DNA of 41,513 bases, from the IMG/VR virus record IMGVR_UViG_3300024251_000020, positions 1 to 41,513 of that record; one strand, written 5' to 3'. The notes under the pieces are model-generated. The model was not told where the DNA came from, made no database searches, and worked only from the letters and a program-made list of their open reading frames with translations. A program made the position numbers and the translations under genes. This document shows positions 18,089-26,147 of this stretch, piece after piece; position 1 is the first letter of the stretch, and each line of letters starts with the position of its first letter. The DNA is from a virus (Duplodnaviria > Caudoviricetes).

Positions 18089-18267
18089 CCTATACTAGTT
18101 ATCATCTGTAGCTCGGTTAGCACGGCGTTTGCCGCTTCCCACCAGGCGTCTTGTAATTCTTTAGATTGTTGCTCGAAGTGAGGAAGGGGATCACCTTTAA
18201 CTGACTTCCAGTCCCGACTAGCACAATAAGCTTCGTATGCAAGTTTTGCGTATTTATAATTCTTCAT
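18085..18267 (-). CDS. Hypothetical protein
   Basis: 60 aa between TerS and TerL with ATGA coupling; AYEAYC...LPHFEQ...QDAWWEAA. Confidence 0.6.
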   Translation of the reverse strand: MKNYKYAKLAYEAYCASRDWKSVKGDPLPHFEQQSKELQDAWWEAANAVLTELQMITSIG

Positions 18268-18270
18268 AGA

Positions 18271-18840
18271 CTAGTTCTGAAACGCTAACTTTGTTAACTC
18301 TGCATCGGATAATTGCGAAAGGTCGACGTCAGTGTTACGATTCATCGGTTGATTCGGTTTCCCGTAGCGGCGGTCTAGCAATTCCTTACACGCCGCAATC
18401 CGATACGCTGCGCTCTGATTCTTATCGTTCATTATATCCTTTAGAGTCTTAACCGCTGAGACGACATTCGTTTTGATTACCTCGTAGACTTCGCGGTCCT
18501 CGTCCGCCTCTCTCTTGATTAGCTCGGTTTGGGTTTGTTGGTACTGCGGCTGTCGCAAAATATCTTGAACTGCTGTCGGTGAACAACCAAGCTCATCTGC
18601 AATCTCTCGGGCCGTGAAGCCTTTCGCAGCTTTTTCAAGAGCGATTCGATGCCAGGGTAACTCTTGTTGTCTAACATATTGTGGTGGTTTCCTATTGTAA
18701 AGAAGCGGCGTCATTCCTTGTGGTTGCGGAACATCCGTTAGTATCTCCTGGTCATGCCCATTCTTTGGGCAGGACTCTGTACTTGTCGCCTGTTCGCAAG
18801 GCTCGCGGACTTCGTCCCGGATGAACAAATCTTCAAACAT
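18271..18840 (-). CDS. terS: Terminase small subunit (HTH)
   Basis: GFTAREIADELGCSPTAV HTH, RIAACKELLDRRYGKP and DLSQLSDAEL tail; upstream of TerL. Confidence 0.75.
   Translation of the reverse strand: MFEDLFIRDEVREPCEQATSTESCPKNGHDQEILTDVPQPQGMTPLLYNRKPPQYVRQQELPWHRIALEKAAKGFTAREIADELGCSPTAVQDILRQPQYQQTQTELIKREADEDREVYEVIKTNVVSAVKTLKDIMNDKNQSAAYRIAACKELLDRRYGKPNQPMNRNTDVDLSQLSDAELTKLAFQN
18751..18775. repeat. Dispersed palindrome copy 4 (inside CDS)
   Basis: GTCAT GCCCA TTCTT TGGGC AGGAC. Confidence 0.9.
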
Positions 18841-19025
18841 TAAAACATCTTTCCTCGGGGTAGGATCTTGATTTCAAGACGAACGAATGGATTTAACGGT
18901 TGGGCGAGCATTATCCGCTTGGCGGTCGGACCGAGACTCCGTAAGGTTTCCTGAACATAATCCGACTGGCGATCTTTTAGATCCTTATCCCCCGTCGTCT
19001 CCAGGTCTCGTTCTCTTTCTACCAT
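18840..19025 (-). CDS. Hypothetical protein, first gene of the late arm
   Basis: 61 aa; stop overlaps the TerS start. Confidence 0.45.
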   Translation of the reverse strand: MVERERDLETTGDKDLKDRQSDYVQETLRSLGPTAKRIMLAQPLNPFVRLEIKILPRGKMF

Positions 19026-19032
19026 TCTCCAT

Positions 19033-19062
19033 ATCTTATCCTACTTCCCCCCTCGAAAGCAA
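19033..19062 (-). promoter_or_regulatory. Sigma70-like promoter for the left arm
   Basis: Minus strand TTGCTT-N18-TAAGAT, 7 nt before ATG 19025. Confidence 0.45.
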
Positions 19063-19496
19063 CGGGGTCTTTCCCGCCCCTGGAGATCCCCCTCCCTTCC
19101 TCCCTCGCTACCCTCCCCATCCCCGGCCCTTCAAATCCTTCCCCTACAAGGCCCTACGCCGCCCCGCAAATGGCCCGCCATGCGATTTTAATCCTCTCCC
19201 CCTATCCTACATATCGCCTAATCGCTCCTAGGGCATTTTGAGAAGGTACGAATCCCTCAAGATCCAAATATCCGAATGTGCGGAGGCTTTATCCCAAATG
19301 CTCCGGTTATTAGGTGGGCATCTCCCGCGCACTCACCCCTCGCAAAGTGGGGGGACCCCGGCCTACGGGCGGGTCATCCGTAGTAGTACGGACCCAGGCA
19401 TCCGTAATAGTTCCTGTTGCAATCTACCCTAGGCTATGCGAAGCTAGAGGCATCGGTGAGAGCTATCCCAGAAGGTTGGCCGCCGAAGTAAAAGTT

Positions 19497-19808
19497 ATGG
19501 CAGATAAAATGACAGAAGTTGAGATCAAGGCCCATTGCCTGATCAAGACGATGGGCGAGACCGGGAAGTACGGCAAGGCCGAGGGCGAGAAGGCTTGCGC
19601 GTTGTGCATCGACCTTGCCATGGAAGGCAAGGCGGATAAGGCGGATGTCTCTAGGGCTAGCGGTTGGCTTGGGAACCATTCAGCGGTCCGCCAATGGGGT
19701 GAGAAGTTCGGGTATGTCACCAAGAGCGAAGCGGGTAAGGACGCGACCGCAAGGGAGTATGACCGCCTAATGAGTCTTGCGACCGAGCCTCCCAAGGGCA
19801 AGAAGTAG
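19497..19808 (+). CDS. Hypothetical early protein
   Basis: Start refined to ATG 19497 (MADKMTEVE); strong G/C third-position bias. Confidence 0.65.
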   Translation: MADKMTEVEIKAHCLIKTMGETGKYGKAEGEKACALCIDLAMEGKADKADVSRASGWLGNHSAVRQWGEKFGYVTKSEAGKDATAREYDRLMSLATEPPKGKK

Positions 19809-19846
19809 AAAACACGGGGCGGAGTGACTAAGCCCCACATAATCCT

Positions 19847-20080
19847 ATGTTAAAATCAATACAGTATAAATTCAGGTTCCCGGCCAAGCAGACCGGACCG
19901 TTCAGCATCGAGCTAGAGATCCGCAGGGGCGGCGGCCCGCCGGTTCTCAATACTCAGTTCTGCGAGCAGATGCAGCTTAGCGATGCAGAGGCAGACAAGG
20001 CGGAGGAACTGGTCCTCCGCTCGATAGCGATCCTTCCCGAGGGGGTTGAACCTCCCGACATGGGAGCACCAAAGCGATGA
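19847..20080 (+). CDS. Hypothetical protein
   Basis: 77 aa with coding-like codon use. Confidence 0.6.
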   Translation: MLKSIQYKFRFPAKQTGPFSIELEIRRGGGPPVLNTQFCEQMQLSDAEADKAEELVLRSIAILPEGVEPPDMGAPKR

Positions 20081-20145
20081 GCAACGAGGAATTTCTAATC
20101 TTCCTCTTCCTCATGGTGATACAACTCTACTACACCAGTAACTAG
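20077..20145 (+). CDS. 22-aa hydrophobic peptide
   Basis: MSNEEFLIFLFLMVIQLYYTSN; ATGA-coupled and ending just before a terminator. Confidence 0.35.
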   Translation: MSNEEFLIFLFLMVIQLYYTSN

Positions 20146-20150
20146 ACCAG

Positions 20151-20183
20151 GGTCCGGGGACAGCAAACCCGGACCTCTTTTTT
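20151..20183 (+). terminator. Rho-independent terminator
   Basis: GGTCCGGG-N9-CCCGGACC followed by TCTTTTTT. Confidence 0.8.
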
Positions 20184-20199
20184 GTCCTCGTTTTTCCCG

Positions 20200-20224
20200 G
20201 TCGCGCCCATTATTTGGGCATCAC
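20200..20224. repeat. Dispersed palindrome copy 5
   Basis: GTCGC GCCCA TTATT TGGGC ATCAC. Confidence 0.9.
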
Positions 20225-20386
20225 CTTTACTTTACTTCTCCCACCTCTCTGTCTCTTTCTTCCTCCTCTTCGCCGCCACGCTGCATTTCTTTCGTCTCTT
20301 CGTCTCCGCCTCGTTTCTCCTCCCTCGCCGCGCTACGCTGCTTTGTTTGTGGACGAAAGGACGAACTAAAGCAAGCTAGCAAAGAT

Positions 20387-20635
20387 GGACGAACGAACGT
20401 CCCCTATCCCCCCTATCGGGATACGGTGGATCTCAGGATCTAATATATTCCCGTAACTCTATGCCTAATCCTTATGACATATCATTAATACCCCCCAGAT
20501 CTATATAGTAAAAAAAAAAAAAAAGTAATATATATATAGAGGGGGTATTGGGCACGTCACCTCCTTCGGATAGGGTGGAGTAGAGTGGAGTAAGCCTCCC
20601 TTGAGATAGGGGAGGATCGGCACGTTCGTTCGTCC
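20387..20635. repeat. Large imperfect inverted repeat centred on an A15/(TA)n tract; candidate replication origin
   Basis: GGACGAACGAACGT (20387-20400) pairs with ACGTTCGTTCGTCC (20622-20635); inner AATACCCCC/GGGGGTATT and CTATATA/TATATAG arms; A run 20510-20524. Confidence 0.7.
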
Positions 20636-20680
20636 AATCCTCCCTTCGGTCGGTCGGTCGTCCTTGCTTCCTTTTAAAGA

Positions 20681-21250
20681 TTAGAGTGATTCCGGCTCAG
20701 GCCAGGAATGGTTGGAGAGGAAAGAGGTGATTTCTTCGGCGGATAGAATCTTAGCGGTTTCCTTATTCACTACGTTTACAGATTCTCCGTCAATGTCCTC
20801 GGTGGCGATAATTTCACGAGGATCGAAGGAGGATGGGATGAGAGTGGAAGGGTAGGAAAAGCGGCAGTAAGCTTTTTTAGCATCGCGGAAGTTGTTAGCG
20901 AAGGTATGAGCGGTTACACCTTCCCCGGTGCGGGTTATCCTCTCTCGCCGAGGGAAGATTCTGTAGGAACCTTTACAGGCTAGAGCGATGTAGGGTTCGT
21001 AACGATAGAAGTTAGCCTCGTTCATGGATGGTCGCATTGAACGACCGAGAAGGGGACGTTGAGGTTGAGAAGATTGGCTCTCGCCAGGGAAAACTTCGGT
21101 TAGGACCTCGCCGGATTTAGTGGTAATTACAATAGGAGGTCGATCTTTTGGAATTTCGGGTTTGGGTTGTTCTACTTTTTCTTTATCACTAGAGGTAATT
21201 TCGGAAAGTAGATCGGGGTTATCGAATGGATCGTTATTAGTATTATTCAT
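20681..21250 (-). CDS. Hypothetical protein, solitary divergent gene with its own promoter
   Basis: 189 aa; only minus-strand gene in the control region; no family recognised. Confidence 0.7.
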   Translation of the reverse strand: MNNTNNDPFDNPDLLSEITSSDKEKVEQPKPEIPKDRPPIVITTKSGEVLTEVFPGESQSSQPQRPLLGRSMRPSMNEANFYRYEPYIALACKGSYRIFPRRERITRTGEGVTAHTFANNFRDAKKAYCRFSYPSTLIPSSFDPREIIATEDIDGESVNVVNKETAKILSAEEITSFLSNHSWPEPESL

Positions 21251-21258
21251 AGACCACT

Positions 21259-21287
21259 AATATAGCATAAGGCAAGAGCGGAAGCAA
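21259..21287 (-). promoter_or_regulatory. Sigma70-like promoter with extended -10
   Basis: Minus strand TTGCTT-N17-TATATT with TGn extension, 8 nt before ATG 21250. Confidence 0.65.
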
Positions 21288-21329
21288 GGGAGGTTTTTAC
21301 CTACCATGAGGGGAGGAAGGTAGCGAGGT

Positions 21330-21419
21330 ATTAAGGCGGCCTAATGGGAGGGATTAGAAGGGCTTATATTAGGCGGCCTAATGCCGGGAGGGAGGAGGAT
21401 AAGGATTAGGTGGGCTAAT
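21330..21419. promoter_or_regulatory. Cluster of ATTAG-N5-CTAAT operator-like palindromes
   Basis: TTAAGGCGGCCTAAT 21331, ATTAGAAGGGCTTAT 21353, ATTAGGCGGCCTAAT 21368, ATTAGGTGGGCTAAT 21405. Confidence 0.55.
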
Positions 21420-21442
21420 GATGACTATTAGAAAGATTGGGG

Positions 21443-21471
21443 TTGACCCTGGGCGGCCAAGCTGCTAGGAT
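21443..21471 (+). promoter_or_regulatory. Sigma70-like promoter for the right arm
   Basis: TTGACC-N17-TAGGAT with TGn extension. Confidence 0.6.
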
Positions 21472-21571
21472 CTAAGGAGCATGAGAGTGGAAGATAGGAA
21501 GAGAGCAGGATCTTATTGGGATAAGGTTCTGGTTTCTATTTTTCACTTCATGGAATGAAAGGTAAAAACAA

Positions 21572-21937
21572 GTGAAAATACAAATACCCGATAAGGACAG
21601 GCAAGAGTTGGATAGTAGGATTGATAAAGAGTATCGTGAAAGGCACGGGAAAAGGTCTTATTATAAGACATTTGCCGAAGCTGCGCCTGGGATGGTTCAC
21701 GGTCCTATCACTGGGAAAGAAGAACAGCCAAGGCCATTTGTCAAAGAAGTCAACGGCGCGGCAAGAATGGCAACGGTCCCGGCAGCTATGCTGCCAAGCA
21801 GTCCGTCCTATGAATTAGCAAAGTTCCTGGATGAGAAGAGTATGCGGTATGTCCAGGACATCGCGGATGCTCGCCAGCCCCGTTATGATTGGCAGAAAAC
21901 GGTGGCGTTTGCGAGGATGAATGGGGTGCGGTTATGA
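21572..21937 (+). CDS. Hypothetical early protein
   Basis: 121 aa, GTG start with GAAAGG upstream. Confidence 0.6.
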   Translation: MKIQIPDKDRQELDSRIDKEYRERHGKRSYYKTFAEAAPGMVHGPITGKEEQPRPFVKEVNGAARMATVPAAMLPSSPSYELAKFLDEKSMRYVQDIADARQPRYDWQKTVAFARMNGVRL

Positions 21938-22183
21938 TATACAATGACTTCGCGGCAACTATCTTGCTAAGCCAGCTAAGCAGGCACAGCAGAAGAAAGA
22001 ACGTCGCAAGGCTAGAGAACAAGAAATGAAAGACCTCGGCCTTACGAAGGTTAAAGGAGCGGTTAGTGGGAAAACGTATACGAATGGTGAGGGTGAGAGT
22101 GGAGAAGGTAGCGAGCCTGCGACCCAGCCGAACGCTCAGGTTGCGGAAACGGTCCCGAACGAAGCAACCCAAAGCGAGTAACA

Positions 22184-22375
22184 ATGGCAAAGAAAGCCAT
22201 AGCGGTTAGTAAGGGAGTGCGGTTCTATCCCGCCTCCCCTCTTCGTCATCGAATCGAAAGAAGTAAAAAGCATGAAATTTACAACCAATCCTACAAGGCG
22301 GATCAGGAGTGGTTGTGTAAGGTTCAACAGATTCGCCAGTCGGAAAAACAAAAACAACAAGGTAAAACACCATGA
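22184..22375 (+). CDS. Hypothetical protein
   Basis: 63 aa basic ORF, ATGA-coupled to the next gene. Confidence 0.4.
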   Translation: MAKKAIAVSKGVRFYPASPLRHRIERSKKHEIYNQSYKADQEWLCKVQQIRQSEKQKQQGKTP

Positions 22376-22599
22376 ACGCAGAGCAAAGGAAAAAGTTAGA
22401 CATCGCACAGAAACAAGTCGAACAAGCACTAGCCACGGTCGGCGACGTGCTCGACGAGAATCAATCCTCGCTAGATAACATGCCCGAAGGGTTGCAGAAT
22501 AGTGATAAGGGAGAAGCAATGCAGTCTGCCATTGATACGATGGATGAGATTAATGGGTTCTTGACCGATGCGGTAGACTCTTTCAATAACCTGGAGTAA
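22372..22599 (+). CDS. Small acidic helical hypothetical protein
   Basis: MNAEQRKKL...DNMPEGLQNSDKGEAMQ, a pattern I recognise from small phage proteins. Confidence 0.7.
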   Translation: MNAEQRKKLDIAQKQVEQALATVGDVLDENQSSLDNMPEGLQNSDKGEAMQSAIDTMDEINGFLTDAVDSFNNLE

Positions 22600-22603
22600 C
22601 CCT

Positions 22604-22813
22604 ATGCCAACCAAAGTAACATTCGAATACGACGAATCCCTCAAACTGTGGGAAGTCTACGTCTCCGGCGTCGATAGCTCCCTGGAGGCGTTGCAGGCGT
22701 TCAATGCGGTGTTGTTAACCGCCGAAGAAGCCACGCCGAGGTGTGATTGCAACCGCGCCGAGATGGAAGGGGATGGGAGGTATAAGATTAGTGTTGGAGT
22801 GTTTAGTGCGTGA
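22604..22813 (+). CDS. Hypothetical protein
   Basis: 69 aa with GGAG RBS; tightly packed. Confidence 0.6.
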   Translation: MPTKVTFEYDESLKLWEVYVSGVDSSLEALQAFNAVLLTAEEATPRCDCNRAEMEGDGRYKISVGVFSA

Positions 22814-22829
22814 TGTGATGATATAATGG

Positions 22830-22854
22830 GTCATGCCCAATAAATGGGCATGAC
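22830..22854. repeat. Dispersed palindrome copy 6
   Basis: GTCAT GCCCA ATAAA TGGGC ATGAC, perfect arms (11 bp with flanks). Confidence 0.9.
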
Positions 22855-22874
22855 CTTTTCTTGAAAGGAAAATT

Positions 22875-23096
22875 ATGTTAACATTCGATGAAATACAATG
22901 GAAGGTTGATGAGATTCGAACCATAGACAACGAAGGCGACTACGAAAGAGCACACGGAGCAGAAGATAGGCTCTACACAGACTTTATCACCGCTATCGCC
23001 AAAGGCGATGTAGCCGAGGACTTTGAGTATCTTCGTCTTATGGCAGCGGAGTGTTTGAAGACGCAGGAGTTGGAATTTCCGAGGTATTGCGCATGA
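22875..23096 (+). CDS. Hypothetical protein
   Basis: 73 aa; GDYERAHGAEDRLY...FPRYCA; GAAAGGA RBS. Confidence 0.7.
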   Translation: MLTFDEIQWKVDEIRTIDNEGDYERAHGAEDRLYTDFITAIAKGDVAEDFEYLRLMAAECLKTQELEFPRYCA

Positions 23097-23284
23097 GTAT
23101 TATAATAGGGCATCCATTAAGGTGGTTCCGTATAGAAGCAGAACCACCACTTATTGATGATCCATACCCTAGCGAACAATGGTCTGTTAGGGTTGATCGA
23201 GATGAAGTTTATGGGGGTGTTAGTTACCACGAAACAGTGGAAGAAGCGGTTAACGTTCTGAAAAAGGAAGGGTATTTAGAATGA
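23093..23284 (+). CDS. Hypothetical protein
   Basis: Start refined to ATG 23093; ATGA overlaps at both ends. Confidence 0.55.
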   Translation: MSIIIGHPLRWFRIEAEPPLIDDPYPSEQWSVRVDRDEVYGGVSYHETVEEAVNVLKKEGYLE

Positions 23285-23655
23285 ATAACCCACCAATTTC
23301 TATCCCACATCACCCATCGCAGCATTACGACTCGCTAACCGGATTCGTTCTTTATCACGGACTGATGTTGCCGAGACCAGTCGCTACGTGGAGGTTGTTG
23401 GCTCGCCCTGTTGTTGGGAGTATTAACGGATTAGACAGAACCTTCGCCGGGTTGGCGGTTGCTACGAATGGTATAATCGTTGCGATAGAGACATCGGCGG
23501 GGAAGATTCTCTTCGCACATCTGCAATGGTTCCAAAAGGACGACATTTCACAGGAGTCAGACCTCGACCGGGCGATGGATAACGTCGCCACCGTGTCCCA
23601 GGCGAGGTTGAAGGCGATGGTGAAGATGTTTGAAGAGTTTGAGGAGGTGTTATGA
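23281..23655 (+). CDS. Hypothetical protein
   Basis: 124 aa, translationally coupled. Confidence 0.6.
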   Translation: MNNPPISIPHHPSQHYDSLTGFVLYHGLMLPRPVATWRLLARPVVGSINGLDRTFAGLAVATNGIIVAIETSAGKILFAHLQWFQKDDISQESDLDRAMDNVATVSQARLKAMVKMFEEFEEVL

Positions 23656-23927
23656 AGCAAGGGGTGGTTATGAATAGAGAAGAATACCAGCAAAAAAGGA
23701 TCAAAATAAAGTCCTTTCTAAACGACGCCTGTTGTGAACCGCAAAACGTCTTCCTTGACCACCTTTGCCATGATTGCTACGATTGGATAAGAAGTAGTCC
23801 AGGTTATATCGAGCAAACCCTAGAACAAACAATTTCAGAGAGTCAAAAATCTCTGCAAAAGGACTCGGACGCCTTTTCGTCCGAACCGCCACGAGAGGAT
23901 GGCGGAAAACCAACCTCCTCTGATTAG
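23652..23927 (+). CDS. Hypothetical Cys-containing protein
   Basis: 91 aa; GGAGG RBS; CC...CHDC. Confidence 0.5.
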   Translation: MKQGVVMNREEYQQKRIKIKSFLNDACCEPQNVFLDHLCHDCYDWIRSSPGYIEQTLEQTISESQKSLQKDSDAFSSEPPREDGGKPTSSD

Positions 23928-23948
23928 TGTTAACACCTACAAAAAAGT

Positions 23949-24722
23949 ATGCAACAACAAAACTTCAAATCACTCGGCCATTCGGTTCCCTTCGAGGTCC
24001 CTGGAAGCACAGAGGAGTTCGACAAGAACGCGGATAAGGTCGGGGCGTGTCTCGCCGAGGCGATTAATAACATCATCTATCGCGGTAGTCTCGCCGTGTT
24101 TCGTGATGAGTTCCTGCATGGGCGTAAGGCGGATGCGGAGAAGAACATTACGGGTATCGAGGGAGTCGAGGCCAAGACCGGGATTGAACGGTCGACCGAA
24201 CCTGTTCTCGGGAAGGACAAAAAGCCCGTGGTGAAGGACGGCGAACCTGTTACGAAGTATAACGAGAGTGAGGCGGATTATTACAACCGTGTTCTCTCAA
24301 CCCTGGTGGAACAGGGAAAGTTCGCAAGTGAGGAAGAAGCCCTCGCCTCGTTCCAGCCGATGGCGGAACAGGCCGCTGCCGGGATTCCGTTCGACGCGAA
24401 GGCCACCGCTTCCAAGGCGACCGGACCGAAGAAACTGGCTGCGAAGTATAAGCTCACCGCCGCCAGGATTATCGCCAACGGGACTATCGAGAAGGCCAAC
24501 GCTAACTACCTCTCGAAGATTGGTAAGACGTTCACCGCCTCCGGGGATGTTACCAAAATGTTTAAGGGCACCTTTGAGGTGCTCGACCCGACGACGAAGA
24601 AACCCACGGGCAAGACCGAATCCGTCGAAGTGTCCGACAAGGACGCCGAGGCCCTGGGATGGTTGTTGAAGGAGTTCCAGGATTGGAAGTCGGCGCAGGA
24701 GATCGACGCGATGGCAGCGTAA
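23949..24722 (+). CDS. Hypothetical, probably highly expressed K/E/A-rich protein
   Basis: 257 aa with strong codon bias, followed by a terminator. Confidence 0.75.
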   Translation: MQQQNFKSLGHSVPFEVPGSTEEFDKNADKVGACLAEAINNIIYRGSLAVFRDEFLHGRKADAEKNITGIEGVEAKTGIERSTEPVLGKDKKPVVKDGEPVTKYNESEADYYNRVLSTLVEQGKFASEEEALASFQPMAEQAAAGIPFDAKATASKATGPKKLAAKYKLTAARIIANGTIEKANANYLSKIGKTFTASGDVTKMFKGTFEVLDPTTKKPTGKTESVEVSDKDAEALGWLLKEFQDWKSAQEIDAMAA

Positions 24723-24794
24723 AGAGTATGAAGATTAGGGGCCGGAGTGGCGGTATTTACTCCTTGTTACCGTGCTTACCTTTCACCCCCCTTT

Positions 24795-24826
24795 GGACAG
24801 GGTAGACCCCGTAGCCTGTCCTTTTT
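24795..24826 (+). terminator. Rho-independent terminator
   Basis: GGACAGG-N13-CCTGTCC followed by TTTTT. Confidence 0.7.
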
Positions 24827-24838
24827 ACTTTTAACAAT

Positions 24839-25291
24839 ATGATCACCGAAGAAAAAGAACCACCCAAATTTGAATCACCCTATCCTCGTGACGCTAACAG
24901 CGAACGTATCCACGCCTGGATCGCCTCGGAGGATGTCTTATACCTTCGCCTTTTGCGTCCTCAGTTGGGGACGTTCACCTACGTCGTCGGCCACCTGTGG
25001 AAAAAGCTCTGCGCCGAGTTGCGGAGTAGGGACATAAAGGATTATACACAGTGTGAAGAATTTGAAACTTTTGTTACCAACGTTAAGATACTACCAATCA
25101 ATGAATACGAATCCCTTGTCCGAGACGCCACCTCCTATCGAAACCTCCCCGGACGACCCTCTCCTGGGGTTGACTCCGATTCAAATGGAAAACATGCCGG
25201 AAAACGAACTAAGGGCGTTCGTCGCGTTTCTTCAGCAGAATCGAAGGAGTGCACAGACGTTCCGAGCGACGACAAGAAAGGAAACGAGTGA
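24839..25291 (+). CDS. Hypothetical protein
   Basis: 150 aa; low-complexity C-terminus overlaps the next ORF. Confidence 0.55.
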   Translation: MITEEKEPPKFESPYPRDANSERIHAWIASEDVLYLRLLRPQLGTFTYVVGHLWKKLCAELRSRDIKDYTQCEEFETFVTNVKILPINEYESLVRDATSYRNLPGRPSPGVDSDSNGKHAGKRTKGVRRVSSAESKECTDVPSDDKKGNE

Positions 25292-25355
25292 GGTAACGGA
25301 GAAGGTGGAACAACCGCCGAAGGCAATGGAGAAAGAGTTTGGAGATTTGTTATGA
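25101..25355 (+). CDS. Hypothetical protein (overlapping frame)
   Basis: From ATG 25101; MENMPENELRAFVAFLQQNR helix; ATGA-coupled to the next gene. Confidence 0.5.
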   Translation: MNTNPLSETPPPIETSPDDPLLGLTPIQMENMPENELRAFVAFLQQNRRSAQTFRATTRKETSEVTEKVEQPPKAMEKEFGDLL

Positions 25356-25945
25356 ATAACGAAGAAGGACAAAGAGAAAGCGTGTTGGGAGAGGTAGGTA
25401 AGCTACGCACACAGCTAGAGGAAGCACAACGCCAGCTTCCATGGCGGCGTGAAAAGGCCAACTTCGTGCCAGCGGAGTTGAAAATTAAGGAGTTGGAAAA
25501 GCAGCTTGAGGAAGAAACCAAAGCCACGAACTACGCCGCCGCAAAGATGGCCGGTCAGCGGGAACACATTGCCCAACTGGAAGGAAAGCTTGAGGAATCG
25601 CAGAAGCAGGTGGCGCAACTGAGGGATTGCTCCGAGTTCCTTTGGACGATTATTTGTAATGCTGGCTGTGGAGACTGGACTAAGGAAACCATTGACTGGC
25701 AGAAGGCAGCAAAACTAGGGCGTGACACATATTACAAAGCCCTCGCATCCACCCCATCGCCCGACTTCATCCACAGGCGGGAGTTGGTCAAAGCATGTGG
25801 TTCAGATACGGAGTGGCCAGTATGGGATTTAGTTGAACAGATTGTGCTTGCGTGTCACGACGAGGAAGTTGCTTGGACGGTCCCACACCTTAAACGACAC
25901 ATGACCGAGCTTGAATCCCTAACCAAACAGGAGCCAACCCAATGA
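25352..25945 (+). CDS. Hypothetical coiled-coil protein
   Basis: 197 aa; heptad-rich N-terminal half. Confidence 0.65.
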   Translation: MNNEEGQRESVLGEVGKLRTQLEEAQRQLPWRREKANFVPAELKIKELEKQLEEETKATNYAAAKMAGQREHIAQLEGKLEESQKQVAQLRDCSEFLWTIICNAGCGDWTKETIDWQKAAKLGRDTYYKALASTPSPDFIHRRELVKACGSDTEWPVWDLVEQIVLACHDEEVAWTVPHLKRHMTELESLTKQEPTQ

Positions 25946-26147
25946 GCATTGAATTATTAAATAATTGCGTGACTGCGGAGGACGGAGATACGAACGAGCA
26001 AGCTTTTGCAAAGGGAGAGTGGGCCGGGTCGCAGGGGTATCGACGCGACCAGAACCCATATCCAAAAGGCATAAGCCTCAGAGAGTTTTGGGATGGGGGA
26101 TGGTCTGGTAGTTACGACGAACTATGCGGGGAGCCAACCCAATGAGC
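25930..26147 (+). repeat. 18-bp direct repeat flanking the RMF-like gene
   Basis: GGAGCCAACCCAATGAGC at 25930-25947 and 26130-26147. Confidence 0.9.
25942..26145 (+). CDS. Ribosome modulation factor (RMF/CrpP-fold)-like protein
   Basis: AFAKGEWAGSQGYRRDQNPY...REFWDGGW matches the A-x2-G-x2-AG-x2-G...PY...W-x2-GW pattern. Confidence 0.65.
   Translation: MSIELLNNCVTAEDGDTNEQAFAKGEWAGSQGYRRDQNPYPKGISLREFWDGGWSGSYDELCGEPTQ

Noticed and set aside
18887-19432. Plus-strand ORFs 18887-19231 and 19238-19432, and the upstream extension of 19314
   Set aside because: Pro-rich translations of C-rich non-coding DNA. This stretch could hold the genome terminus, but that cannot be shown from sequence alone.
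20182-20379. 65-aa Phe/Leu-rich membrane protein
   Set aside because: It is the translation of a pyrimidine tract, starts with TTG inside the terminator tail and has no RBS.
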